A stretch of 64,000 bases of DNA, taken from contig JANJGN010000018.1 in the NCBI GenBank assembly GCA_026770705.1, forward strand, positions 75,826,001 to 75,890,000. The letters are read 5' to 3'. The position numbers and the translations under genes were made by a program. Origin of the DNA: Isurus oxyrinchus. Lineage: Eukaryota. Shown piece after piece: positions 1 through 12,543 of this stretch (its first letter is position 1; every line of letters starts with the position of its first letter). The notes beneath the pieces were generated by a model. It was not told the DNA's origin. It was given only the letters and a program-made list of their open reading frames with translations, and searched no databases.

Positions 1-2389
1 GTAACTCTTTGGAGTAATAATATGTTCAAGCATACTAAATACTTCACCTTGAGTTTTCTTTATAAATGTAGAAGAAATCTGTTGGTTATCATTGACATAG
101 TGGTTTGCTTTTTGCAATGTAAAATTAAATACAGTGAAACCATTTCTTTTCCAATATCTACATTTTAAGATCTAAACTTTGTATCTAAACTCAATGATAT
201 CACTAAAACGCATAAACCGCTGTATGTGCTTGAGCAGCACAATTTATGATTTTAAAACACAGTTTCTTCCTGTTAACAAAACAACCTTGATGGCTAATGT
301 CTTTCATTTATTCTACTGAGTACTCATGCCAGTATTTTGCTTCAAATTATTAACAGAAGTTTTGTTTCCATAGTTGTAATTCTGAACCATGGTATTTACA
401 CATTTTGTAACAAGAAAATCTACTAAGTTGTTGTTTATTTAATAAAACTACACATATATAAATAACTCACATTAAGTTTTGTGATAATTATATCCTCAAC
501 CTACGTTAAATATGTTTATAAGTGTACTCTTAACTAAATATATATCACAACTACATAGAGGTAATTTTAACATAGATTTTTCACTTAATGAGTATGCTAT
601 CAGAAAATGTTTCAAATACTAGCTTGAACATTTTTAAAATAAAATGATGATCAGAATGATATTAAGCATACTTCCTCTTCTCCGCAATCTATTCAACACC
701 AAAAAGGATTTGTACATCTGTCACTTCATGAGATAGCAAAACAAACCAATGGCGGCTTTATAAAAAGCGACTGGGCACAAATAGATGTTAGGCGAGATAA
801 CCAAAGCATGGTTCAGAAGACTGATGTAAGGACATTTTTGAAAGTGTGGAGAAATGTAGTAGAACAGAGGACTTTGTGAATCAAGTTTTCAAATGCTGGT
901 TTCAATGCATGCTTATTTACAGGCTAGCCCCAAAGTGAGTACCTGGAGCTTAAAGGGACCATCAAAATTAGAATTTATTTTCAAGGTTTAAGTCCTACTT
1001 GATGAAACAAAAATCTTCTCTCTCCTCCATCTTTTGTACTACTAAGTCTCTTATAAATGTTGGAGTCGCAAGTACAAGAGGCCTCAATTTTCCAAACGCC
1101 AATAGCCACCAATGAAGTTTCGCACTGTGGGCTGAGTTTCAAACAATTTGAGCTTCAGTGTAAACATTCACAGTGCAGCCAGGATAAACAATGTTGAGTC
1201 AAGTGGTATATTCATTTACGGTCTGTATTATTTTATTTGTTCATGGGAGGTGGGTGTTGTGGGCCTTTATTGCCCATCCCCTAATTAGCCTTGAGAAGAG
1301 CAATATGAAAAGTCAATGAGGGTAATTTTGAATTGGGGAAATACACAATGAAAATGAACATTTGGAGCGATTTAAGCCACTGATCCGATATTGCCTGTTT
1401 TACACTATCACCCAAAGTTAAAATTGTCCCCAATATCACAGATTCAGAGTATCATGGGAGTGGTACTGAGGTGAATAAAACTTTTTACAAACTCTCTTAA
1501 ATCATGAATGCAGAGCTTGAATATGAAACCCGTGAGCTACGATGAAAAGCTTGCGACTACGATAAATGGAATCAGGATAAAAGCTGAAGTGTATGTTTGT
1601 CCCAATAAGTACACTCATCCTTTTAGTTTGGACTTTCTGACCAGAGTTTCCACATCTGATCTTGGGTGTGCTCTCTGCTCAGGGACATAACAGCAATGGC
1701 ATCTATAAATACTCATTCAAATGAGCTGAAACAGAATGTTTGGCACAGTCAGTTCAGTGCTCCACTAACACACAAATTGGGGGTGAATTTTAATAGTGTG
1801 GACAAATGGGGCTGAATTTTTACCAAGTCAGGATGACTAAAAATGACAGGTGGGTCCTAATTCCAGGATTCCCAACCCTATTCCAGGCCTGTCTGATTTT
1901 CCTTCAAAGGATGTGGGCTGGTTCTTGTTTAAAGCCTGCACCCAAGGCAGGCAGACCGAACAAGGAATTTTCCCGACTCCCGCTCCCTGGCCCTAGGATG
2001 AAAATTCAGGCTATGGTTTTGGGTCACGAGGACCCTTAAGATTGGCGAAAACACCAACTCATTCAGAAAACAGCTCCAACTCGCCACTCGTAAGCATTTC
2101 AATGCATGTGCTTAACCCACTCCAGGTTACTGCTTATAATTTGTAAATGAGGCAATCGGAACAAGATTTTCGCTAGGATGTACATGATATGCACAGATTA
2201 CCTGAGTTTCCTGAAACTCGCCATTGAAACAAAGGCAAGAGGACGGAGCAATTGCAGCAGCAGGTTTCTTCCTCCTATTGCTGGGGAAGTATCTCTGTCC
2301 TACTCCTTACTCCACCCAGCAGCACATCATGGGATATGTCATTAAACATTGGTGCTGCTCATGACCATCCTAAACCAATTACGTTTTGC

Positions 2390-3480
2390 TGCAACTCCTA
2401 ACTACTCCAAATTCCATCCTTGGATTGGCCCTTTAAATGTTCCAGTTAAGAACCTGTCACCTGGGTCTGGACCACACCTGCTGTCATGTATTCGATGCTG
2501 AAATATCACAACGCAACATGCTGAGGCTTTGGTAATACAAAACTTGAGTATTGCTGAAAAAAGAGTTGTATTGAAGCTGTGTGATAGGGAGAGCGTCCTG
2601 ATCAGATCATTTCGCACTGTATGTCATGCATTCATGAACGGGCCTAAGGCCATCGTCGCTTTCGGCCCTGGAAGGTGCCCAGTCTACTTCAGATTCCCCT
2701 GGAAGGGCAATGTGTACCAAAAATTTCAGCAACAGGTGAAGCTAGCTGTTTCATGTTGCTACTATGAAGTGACAACTTGAGCAGTTTTCGCCACTAACAG
2801 AATGTTGCCGTCAGGCCAAAAAAGATGTTCTGCCTATCATGCAAATGAGTAATGTGGTATATGCATTTCAGTGCCAGTGTGATGCTAGGTATGTAGCCCG
2901 TATGTCCCAAATACTGGTGGATTGTATCAAACAGCATGTCCCAGCTGCTGTTTGCAATGGGCAGGGTACACAACGTACCCAACCAGCCGTGTTAGCAAAA
3001 CACAGTGTCCAGATGTGATTCCGCAATTGGACAACATTTGCTAAATAATCCTCAATGCGCTAAGAATTACGCTGACACCAATTTACGATTGTCAGTTGGA
3101 CTTGCAATGTGGCGCATCTGCAAGTGCTTGGGGCTACATATATGAATACACAGGACCCTGTTCTTTGCAGACAGAAAGAACATATACACACATTGTACCT
3201 GTTTCAGCTCAACAAAATAAGTGACAGCCATTCACTGACTCATCCCTCAGGGCAATGCCTTGACTAATCAGGATCAAGCTCTCTGGTTTAAATTTCAAAC
3301 AATGCTAGGCAGTTAACAGTCACCATCAGTGGTGCATTCTCCATGGCAATGACACTTGCCAACCAATCAGCACTCTCTTCATCTCCAATACAAATTATTG
3401 TTTCCCCCTTATATTGGTATTCTTGTGAGTGTCTTGATGAATGCAAGACAAAAAGCTTAGACATGTCTCTTTTTTCATAC
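2390..3480 (+). mobile_element. Old Penelope (Poseidon-like) 3' fragment
   Basis: Degenerate GIY-YIG SNVVYAFQCQCDARYV...IKQHVP...DSAIGQHLLNNPQCAKNY; hammerhead-like remnant near 3433-3465. Confidence 0.75.
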
Positions 3481-3884
3481 ACTGAGACTCCTCCAAGGTT
3501 TCACACCCCATATCACACTCCCCCACTCTGAGTGCACTTCAGATTTACTCTCAGGGCCATCGGTCCAGCAAATGGAGTGCAAAAATATTAAGTGCACAAG
3601 TAGTAAGAGTCTAGGCCCAAATAAAGATGTATAATGACCACACACCACCCACACCCACACATCCTATTAATGAATTTTAAAAATCATGTTTTCATCTCAA
3701 ACTCAAAAATCTGAAGTAACCTGACAGGGTGGATCTGGGTTTTAACTTTCAAAAGAGAAAACAACGTGCAAAAATGCTGTCATATCTCTCAGAAACATCT
3801 CAAATTGTTTCAAATGCAAAGAATTGCAGTGACACAAATGCAGCATCTGCCTTGAAATGTCTAAGTGAGCAGTTAGTTTCTATT

Positions 3885-4090
3885 CTAAAGCAAAATACTA
3901 CAGATGCTGTAAATCTGAAATAAAAGCAGCAAACACTGAAAGTACTCAGGAGTTCTGGCAGCATCTGTGGTGAGAGAAGCAAAGTTTTCAGAATGATGAC
4001 CTGCGACCTGAAACGTTAACTCTGTTTCTTTCTCTTGATGCTACCAGACCCGCCGAATATTTCCAGCATTTTCTGAATTCGTTTTTGTTG
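3885..4090. repeat. Inverted pair of Penelope pseudo-LTR fragments
   Basis: actcaggagttctggcagcatctgtgg versus gatgctaccagacccgccgaatatttccagc; cctgaaacgttaactc hammerhead 3' half. Confidence 0.6.
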
Positions 4091-4582
4091 GTATTGATTG
4101 AGTGAGGTCTCACTTTTGGCTTGAAGAATCTGTGACTGCCTGTTATTTAACATTGCAACACAGCAGCCTCCAAATGAGCAACAGTGGGTCCCACTAGTAA
4201 GGTCCACGTCGGAGAAAACCTGGGACCCAAAGAGAGGGAAAATTTATTTTTTGCTGAGTAGCCACCTTACTAAAGGTGCTGAGGAGTGTGTGGGAGAAAC
4301 CGGCAAGGCTGTGGGGAGGGGCGTAGGCTTCCTGTGCTCTTCAAATATGGCGCATGCATGCACAGGCTACATGTTACTTAGGTGACCTCCAACTAGGATC
4401 ACACCCTTTGGCAGCATTAGCACTGGAGCTCATTAGTGAGCTCAATCCCGGCGTTCTGAGGAATTTTGATGCCAAAGTTTTGAAATCTTGTGACAATGTA
4501 TTCAAATTTCATTATAAATTAATCTTGTTAATCTTGCTCATCGTCAAACCTGTCCAGGATTAATTCCAATAGACAGCTGCTG

Positions 4583-4680
4583 ATGCCAGTGAGTGAAGAA
4601 CATCCTGACAGGCGAGCAATTATAAAAGACTTTCATTGCCTTCATTGTTGTGGCAAAAGCTACTGTTGTTCCAAATGCAG
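4583..4680 (+). CDS. CD247: Candidate exon 1 (signal peptide) of CD247-like gene; 1-nt frameshift in the A4 run at 4624-4627
   Basis: 4626-4679 reads KTFIAFIVVAKATVVPNA followed by a phase-1 donor CAG|GTCTGT; joined to the TM exon it gives PNADA|EV (human PITEA|QS). In-frame TAA at 4623; deleting one A links it to ATG 4583 (MPVSEEHPDRRAII). Confidence 0.5.
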
Positions 4681-7600
4681 GTCTGTTTTGTGTGACTGTT
4701 TGTGTCAGATGTGAAGCTGGGATCTCTATCTTCTAATGGTGTACACCTGCAATGACAGCAGCAACAGAGGCCTGTTTACATTACTTGTTTGTCCTCAATG
4801 GCAGAATTGCTACCAGCAGAAAAACAGTGTGGTGCAGCATACACAAGACTCTAAATTAGCTTTTGAATAATTTACTTCTGTTGAACATTATGTGTTGCAT
4901 GACATGCACAAACCATTTGTAACCCCTGCACATGAAAAGCATTGATCTGGTGGGCAGTGACATTACTCAACTCAGAAGTAAAAGCAGGTTTCCTTCCATG
5001 CATTAGAGTTCAGAACAAATGTATCAATTGATTTGACATGAAAGGAAGCATCTCTTTAGCTTTTGGATTCCTTCAGGGATTCCCCAGCCCAGCCCTCATA
5101 AATATATGTTCTTCTCAAGATCGCTTCACTAATCAGAAAGCTGAAGCAGCTTTTCTGATGATACTGAATTTCCACACTCAAGTCGATGTTGACAATATTT
5201 TTGTATTGACTCGAGCGTTGAGCTCGAGTTACATCAGATTGTTACCCAGTTACATCAGATTGTTTCCATTTACTGTTTTGTTTGAAACCCCCACATAAGA
5301 CACGTACTACAGATATAAAACAGAAGGGAGAAAAGATTAAGACTATCATTATGGAACAAATTTATAGAGCAATTTAACAAAGTGAGTCCCATTTTCTTAA
5401 CAGTCATCGAAACAATCTTTCTCCTCAGTTAGTTTAAATGATTAAACATGGCACCCACTGTAACCCTATACAGATGTGTCCATTTTAGTCAGATTGTATC
5501 TATATCATGAAGTTAAATACAATTTTAATTTTAACCATAATATGTACAGACTTGGTAAATCTTTTTTAAAGCTTAAGTGAGATAGGAACAGTGGGAAATC
5601 TTCATGGAAATTCAATTTAAATTCAACATGGATTCTAATTTTTGTGACCATGCTACTTCGTGCATCAGAGTTGTTTTGTGCCCAGCTGCTGGCACCCGGA
5701 TATCCAGATACCCACGTTATCCACCCCCTTCCAGCACCAATGCACTGTATAGCACTCCAGTATTTACCATTTACCGGAGGCACTGCAGCAACTCGCCATG
5801 CTGCCTGTGCCACCAAGAAGTACAAAAGCAGCAAAACTGTGGGGACCCCACCACTTCCAAGTTCCCCACCATCCTGACTGAACATATCACTGTCCCTCCA
5901 TCGTCATTGGGCTAGTTCTATAACTATAATGGTATAAAGTTCTTTAAAAGCACCGTGTCCACAGTAGGTCATGCTTTTAGTGGTACTGCTTGAGAGAAGA
6001 CATGCTGGAGTGATCAATGCAGCAAAGCCTGATTGGCTGTAGCCATCAAGATGCCAATTATAAGCAGAGTCACATGGCCCTTACCTGGAGTCAACAGACT
6101 CTTTCTCAGCAGAGAAACAGATACCTGCGACATCTGCTACCACAGCACATGTAACTACCGTAACAGGGCTGCCATAGCCAAAGATAGCACTTTTGGCTAT
6201 GTTTCTTGTGCTTGCTTCCACCATCCCCTAGGGATGCTGAAATGTTGACTTACAGAGATGGTGATGTAGAATGGCAAGGAGATACCTTCCCTTGAAAATA
6301 CATCATGAAGGACCAACATTCGAACTGATTGCTTGCAGATTCATACTTGCGTTAAGGATTATGTTCCTGATTTATGCGGCTATCAACTTTAGATGGTCAA
6401 TAGTATGTTGGTGTGTTCTACAACAAAGCTACAGATACCTTAGGGGAACAACCTTAACAAGGTTTCCAACACTGTTCTGCCAAATTTATGAGATCTGCTG
6501 ATGTAATCAGAAAGCTAATGATTTGATCAAAAGTTTAAAAATACTTAGTCATTACTACAGTGGCGTTTATATCACATGCAAAAATGCGTAAGCAAGGAAA
6601 ATATTGTTCACTAAAACTTTTGAGGACTAAATGCCCTTTACAATTTTCTCGATATGCATCACGTCAAAACTCTGTAAATTTCTGTTTCTGACAAGAGCTA
6701 TGTAGATTGACAAAGTAAGCATTTATTTCAGTCATATATTTCAGAAACATTTGGGAGTTGAGATCCCTTGTTTTTAGCACAGCTTAAATACAATGTTAGA
6801 AAATCACACATGAGGGATTTGATGCAAAATTATTAATCCAAGTTAAAAAGAAGCATTAATGACTTTGTTAAAATAATGGACAGGAATTTAATATGAGAAA
6901 GAGCCTGCATTTATCTAATGCCCTTTCACATTCTCAGAATTGCTTCAGGGCCAATGACTGAATGACTTTTAACGTCACTGTTGTCATATAGGCAAATGCC
7001 GCTGCCAATACAGCAAGTTTCCACAAACAGGAATGGGATAAAAGATCAGATAATTCAGGTCTGATGGTATTGGTTGTGGGACAAATGCTTGCTAGGCCAC
7101 TGGGAGAACTTCCTTCAATAGTACCATGGAATCTTTTACATTCCGCTGACCAGGCAGACGGGGTCTTGGTTTAACATCTCATCTGAAATCTGGCACCTAC
7201 AGCAGTGCAACACTTCATTAATGCAACACCAAAGTGGCTGCCTAGACTATGTACCGAAATCTCGGAGTATGATTGGACACATGACATTCTAAAGGACACA
7301 GAGGAATTGCACTCATTTGATGCACAACCTCCTGTTAATAGTCTTTTGTACTTCATAATTATTTGGACTAATTGATTAATGGCTAGTTGGGTACTTGATT
7401 CTCAAATAGACAAATATGAATTCTAATCCCGGAGTTTCATATTACGTGGATATGATTGTCTGACTTGAGTGTATTTGATCAGGTATCAATTTAGCTATCA
7501 AATAGAGTGTACAAGTGCAAGTATTTCAGATGTACACCAGTTCCAAGTGTAATTGGGTCTATAACACAAAACTGTTCCTAATTTGGCACCAATCGGCAAT

Positions 7601-8049
7601 CAAAGAGGCCATAGGGTGGCTGATGTGGAAAATGAGCAAAGTAGCATCTTGTGGTACCTGTTGCCCTTTTGGGATTAGGGCTGTGGCAAATTGCCACAGC
7701 AGAGTAAACGAAGTTTTATTCTGTACCATCTGTGATAAATCTGGTTTGTGAGGACTCCATAGTGACACTGAGCACTCGAAATGCAAAGATTTTCATTTAT
7801 TTTTCAGCATCCAATCTTCCTCAACTTGGGAACAGAATATTTTAAAACAGAAAGCAACATTTAATTCAATTTATTTAATCATCTTAAGCCTGTGTTCCTG
7901 ATGATATGCTGTGCTTCACTTGGCATGTATTGTACTAAAATAGCATGAAAAACCTTTTTCTCTGATGTACAGTCCACATTATAGCATTGAATGATTTTCA
8001 TATGGCTACAATTGCAAGGTCAAAAGCATCCAATGTAAAATTACATGTC

Positions 8050-9606
8050 GAACAATAGAATAGAATATTTTAGCATAAAAAGAGGCTATTCAGCCTGTCC
8101 TGCCTGTGTCAGCACTTTGAAAGAGTTGTCCAACTTAGTCCCAAACACCACCTTTTTCTCCATAACCATGCAAATTAGTCCCCTTTGATTGCAGTGTCCT
8201 GTTACCTTTTGCATGTTCTATGGAATCTGATTCCAATACCCTTCCAGGTGTGCGGTCCAGATTTTAATAAATCGCTGAAAGCATTTCTCCTCACTTTCTT
8301 TTTGCTCATTATTTCGATCTATGACCATTCGTCTTTGACCCAGTGCCAGGGAAACAGTTTCTCCCTTTTTGCTCTATCAAAACCGCTCATAATTTTGAAT
8401 ACCTCCATTAGGTCTCTCCTTAACTTTTTCTGCTCCAGGGAGAGCGACCCCATCTTCTCCAACCTCTCCACATAACAGAACATCCTCATTCCTTGTATTA
8501 TCCTGATAAACCTCCTCTATACCCTCTCTAAAGCCTGGACACCTTTTCTAAAATGCAGTGCCCAGAATTGTACACAATACTCCAGCTGAGGAGATTTGTA
8601 AAGATTTAGCATGACTTTCCTGTTTCCTATTTGATGTCCCTATTACAAAGGCAAATGTCCCATATGATTTCTTAATGGCTATCAAACTTATCCTGCCACC
8701 TTCAGATATTTGTGAGTATGCACCCCCAGATCTCTCTACTTTTGTACTCTCTTCAAAATAGTGCCATTTACTTTTTACCCCCTCTTCATGCTGTTTTCCC
8801 CAAACTTTATTGCTTCATACTTACCCACATTAAATTCGATATGCCATATATCTCCCCATTTCAGTCTATATCCTCCTGAAGACTGCTGCTATCCTCCTCA
8901 CTATTTGCTACATTGCCAATTTTTTAAATCATTCTTTGAAATTGTATTCCCCATATAGTTGATGTCTACATCATAAGAAGTGGCCATAATTCAGACCTTG
9001 GCGGGGGGGTGTCATTTCAATTTTCAGGTTGGTGGGGGCACAGCTCAATCAGTTGTGCGCCTGCCGACCTGTCAACGGGCAATTGAGCTCATTTAAAAAG
9101 CAATTGCACTACTTAAAGGACCTGCCCCTCCAACATTAAAGTTGGCGGGCAGGCTGGGAGCCTGCTTTTCTCCAGTCAGATAAACATTTGCTCATCACTG
9201 TTCTCTACCACCTAAACCTTAACCAATTTTGTACCCACATTATCCAATGTCCCTTTAATACCAGGTACTTTGAATTTCTGAATAAATTTATGTGGTACTC
9301 TAACAAAATCTCTTCGAAAACCCATATATATATATATATATTATATTACTGAACTACCTTCATCAACTTTTCTGTTACTTCATCAAAGAACTCAATCAAG
9401 TTAGTCAGACACATTTTGCCTTTAACAAATCCATTCTGGGTATACCTTTATTAACCCATACCTCTAAGTATGAATTAATTTTGTTTTTGACAATGGCCTC
9501 TAGTAGTTCTCCCACTACTGGCATTAGGCTGATTGGCCTCTTTGAAATAGGTTTACACCTCTCTCCCCATTTTTGATTGGAGGTGCTACATTTGTAACCC
9601 TCTCAC
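8050..9606 (-). mobile_element. CR1 LINE 3' portion (continues at 13495-14480 beyond the LTR insertion)
   Basis: Reverse-complement CR1 3'UTR/RT motifs; the sequence resumes after the LTR element. Confidence 0.8.
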
Positions 9607-9881
9607 TGTTGTAAAGTGTTGGATACCATTAGGTAGATCTTAATGAAGTCCTTGTAGTCATAAGTATGTTAACTGTATGTATTTATTAAATGCAAGAACT
9701 ATGTACATATATACAGTAAAGGATTCAAGCTAGGAGCTGTCTCCATGCTTACTTGTACACACAGCTCTGTCCAACACTGCACTGACCCCTAGGTGTAGGT
9801 CATATGTTTTCTTACATCACTGTGGGCGGTACTGTATTCAGTCCCACGTTAACCCTCTGCATCCCAGGCCCTTATAATACA
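9607..9881 (-). repeat. 3' LTR
   Basis: TG...CA termini, AATAAA on the minus strand near 9683, adjacent PPT 9882-9889. Confidence 0.9.
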
Positions 9882-10254
9882 CCTCCCCCAAGTCTTTATA
9901 CAGTGTATTTCAAGTTATGCTCGTTTACTCCTTGTGTTGACATTGTTATTACTGCCCCATCTCTCCCCTTCAAGTTTCTGAGTTCATAAGTTCAGACTGT
10001 CTGGAGGCCTTATAACCCTTCCATATCTTGTTTGCACTACTGCTGGAGGAATATTAGGCTCTGTCGTTGCAGGTAAACTCTGTTGGTTTGGAGGTTGTTC
10101 TGACATCTGGGTATCTTTACATCCTCCTTTTCCATTCCTTGGTATTGAACTGCTCTTTGTCGATACAGCAGCTGTGGTGATAGGTAGCTGTAGATTTATC
10201 CCATTTTTCCAGGGCGGATGTGCAGCTCACCGTGGCACATATGGAAGTTCATGT

Positions 10255-10890
10255 TTCAACAATAGGACCTTCATTCCCACTTGCTTCACAATTTCAGCCA
10301 ATTTTTTGATTATTTTATTTTTTTCCAGTTGTTTTTTGAGCTTATGAATCTTTTCATTCAGTTTAGTAACAACTCTGGTAAGTTGAGTTGCTTTTGTTTC
10401 AGAGTTATCTGTGGAACTCTTGTATAGGTTTGACAACTTCACCTAGGCATTCACTTCTTTTCAGAGTCTTTCCTCCATGGTCACTCGCTGCTTCTTAGAC
10501 TCTTTCAATTCGCTTGTTAGATCTTCAATCCATTCTGTAGAATTCACCTCTTCTGCTTTTAAAGTCTGGATTTCCTCTTCCATACGTGCATCTCATCCTT
10601 CACGTTGTGCAGATTGGACCGGAGTTCAAGGAGTCCATCAGTTTTGGTTGTTAATTCTACTTTCAAGCAACTGTTCTGATTCATCAGCAATTCCTTCTCC
10701 CATTCCTGACATTTTATATGATGCTTATTGGAGACTTCTGATGCTTGAAGTTCACCAAGTTTTAATTGAAGATCCATTTTTGTTGTATTTATTTCTACAA
10801 GTTCATCATTTAAGCGTTTCAAGTCCTCTTTCAAGTGTTCTACTTCCTGTGAGCAACATTCCAGTGTTCTCATTAGTTCTTACTTTTGTA
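10255..10890 (-). pseudogene. TPR: Captured intronless fragment of nucleoprotein TPR N-terminal coiled coil (disrupted)
   Basis: [50 protein letters not shown]...[21 protein letters not shown] / [11 protein letters not shown]...[50 protein letters not shown] aligns by eye to TPR [50 protein letters not shown]...[24 protein letters not shown]. Confidence 0.88.
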
Positions 10891-11529
10891 CATCTTCCAT
10901 ACATGAAGGTTGATTCTCTCCCATTGATCAGTTTTCCTTGGCAGAGTATAATTCATTGGTGCTATTGTTCAAGCTCGCATTCTGTAATTGTGCTTCTGCT
11001 GATGTTTTTGAGACTCCTCACGAGCTTTTGTGAGAACTTCTACTTTCTCTTGCCATTCTAGGTTCTTTATTTTCATCTCTTCGTATATCTCATTGGAAAT
11101 GTACCATCTTTCTAAGTTTTCTTCCAAATGTCCGAGCATTTTCTTCAGCTCTTTCTTGTGCCTCTGTGACCCCTCAAAAATTTACTTGTTTAAATCTTGA
11201 ACAATTTTAGTGTCTCATGCATTTCCAAGTGTATATACTCAGCTTGAATTTTCAGTTTCAAATCTTCCAATTCAGTTCTGATACAAACATTTTCAAACCC
11301 TTTTGCAGGGTTTGTTTATTTTGGCTTTAATTAAATATTTTTCCTTCATTCACAGCCAACTGCTCATTCCCCATTGTCACCTGCTGTGGCAACTCAGATA
11401 ATGTGTTGGGATTTCCAAAAAGATATATTTTTGAAACTCCCAGAAAGTTCCCTGCCTCCCTGACGCCATCATAGGATTTATTTGAGTATTGTCTTTTTTC
11501 ATTTTGGTGCCTTACTGGGGGTTTCCTGT

Positions 11530-11837
11530 GCCTCTTTTTAAGCTCTGTGCAACTTAAAATCCACAACTTAAAATATTCATCTAATATTTAATCAAAGCTG
11601 GTTGAGGATTCATCAATGTGTTGAATTAGGATTGCTTCATCAACATGCTCACCAAACCAGTATGAAAAGTATAAAAACCAGTATAAAAATATTAATCTGG
11701 ACTTTTTCTAACTTTCTACTGAGACCTGATGTACTTTTGTAGTTTAAAAATTTTCTTCTCCAAGATACCCAATTTTCCATAAGGTTTGGCTTTTGGATGA
11801 GTCCAAATTGATCAGGTAAGTTGGATTTTTGACCCAA
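11530..11837 (-). pseudogene. Degenerate Gypsy gag N-terminus
   Basis: LPDQF...ENWVSWRRKFLNYKSTSGL..K.EKVQINIFI then IDESSTSFD*ILDEYF, typical of aquatic-animal Gypsy gag N-termini. Confidence 0.7.
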
Positions 11838-12528
11838 GGTTAAAAATTTTAAACTATAGGTTCAGCTTTAAGGAGTTGCTGAAATTCAAGATGGTGCCAT
11901 TGTTCATTTGAAGATAAAGGGTTTTCCTGCACTTACCAGTTTTGGCGGGTTTCTGCTGTAATGGCGCTCGTACTCAGCTTGAAAAAATTATGAACAATGG
12001 CGGCTTGGATAGATTACCCTGCTAACTTCTCCGTTTCAGCACTATGCTTTAGGGTTACAAAAGCGTTCAATCCTGCTCTCTGCTGTTCTTTAAAGCTGAT
12101 TCTTTAGTCGTGATTCTTCTGAATCAATTAATTAATTTTTCCCTTTTTGGACCGAGCTTGGATGTTGCATGTTCAGGTGTCGGCTCAGGAACCTGGTTTC
12201 TGACCACTGAACAATTTACAAGTTCCCAGGACTGTTGTGTCCTGGAATTTAGATGTTTTAGCTCACCCCTTGTAGTTCTGCTGACTCTGCAGTCTTGGAG
12301 TTGAAGCTGGACTTCCAAGAGATTCTATGGAGCCTTCTGTTGCAGTGAGGAATTTTAAATTCTTGCCTTCAATTCCCAAATCTTTCTTTGGAACTTTTCC
12401 TTGGTGATTTTCCTCTGCCCGTCTGCTTCTCAAGCTTTTCTTCAGGTCAGAATGCTGCTTTGAATTTTTATTTAGTTTTGCAGGAATTTAGTTTTTCTTT
12501 GCATTTTTTGCGAGCTTTTGGGTTTTTC

Positions 12529-12543
12529 TCCTCACTGCCACCA
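12529..12543 (-). promoter_or_regulatory. Primer binding site (tRNA-Leu-like)
   Basis: Plus strand ctcactgccacca resembles a tRNA-Leu 3' end (...cgctgccacca); it lies immediately inside the LTR. Confidence 0.6.

Noticed and set aside
10477-11061. 194-aa plus-strand ORF
   Set aside because: Antisense shadow of the TPR-derived coiled-coil sequence.
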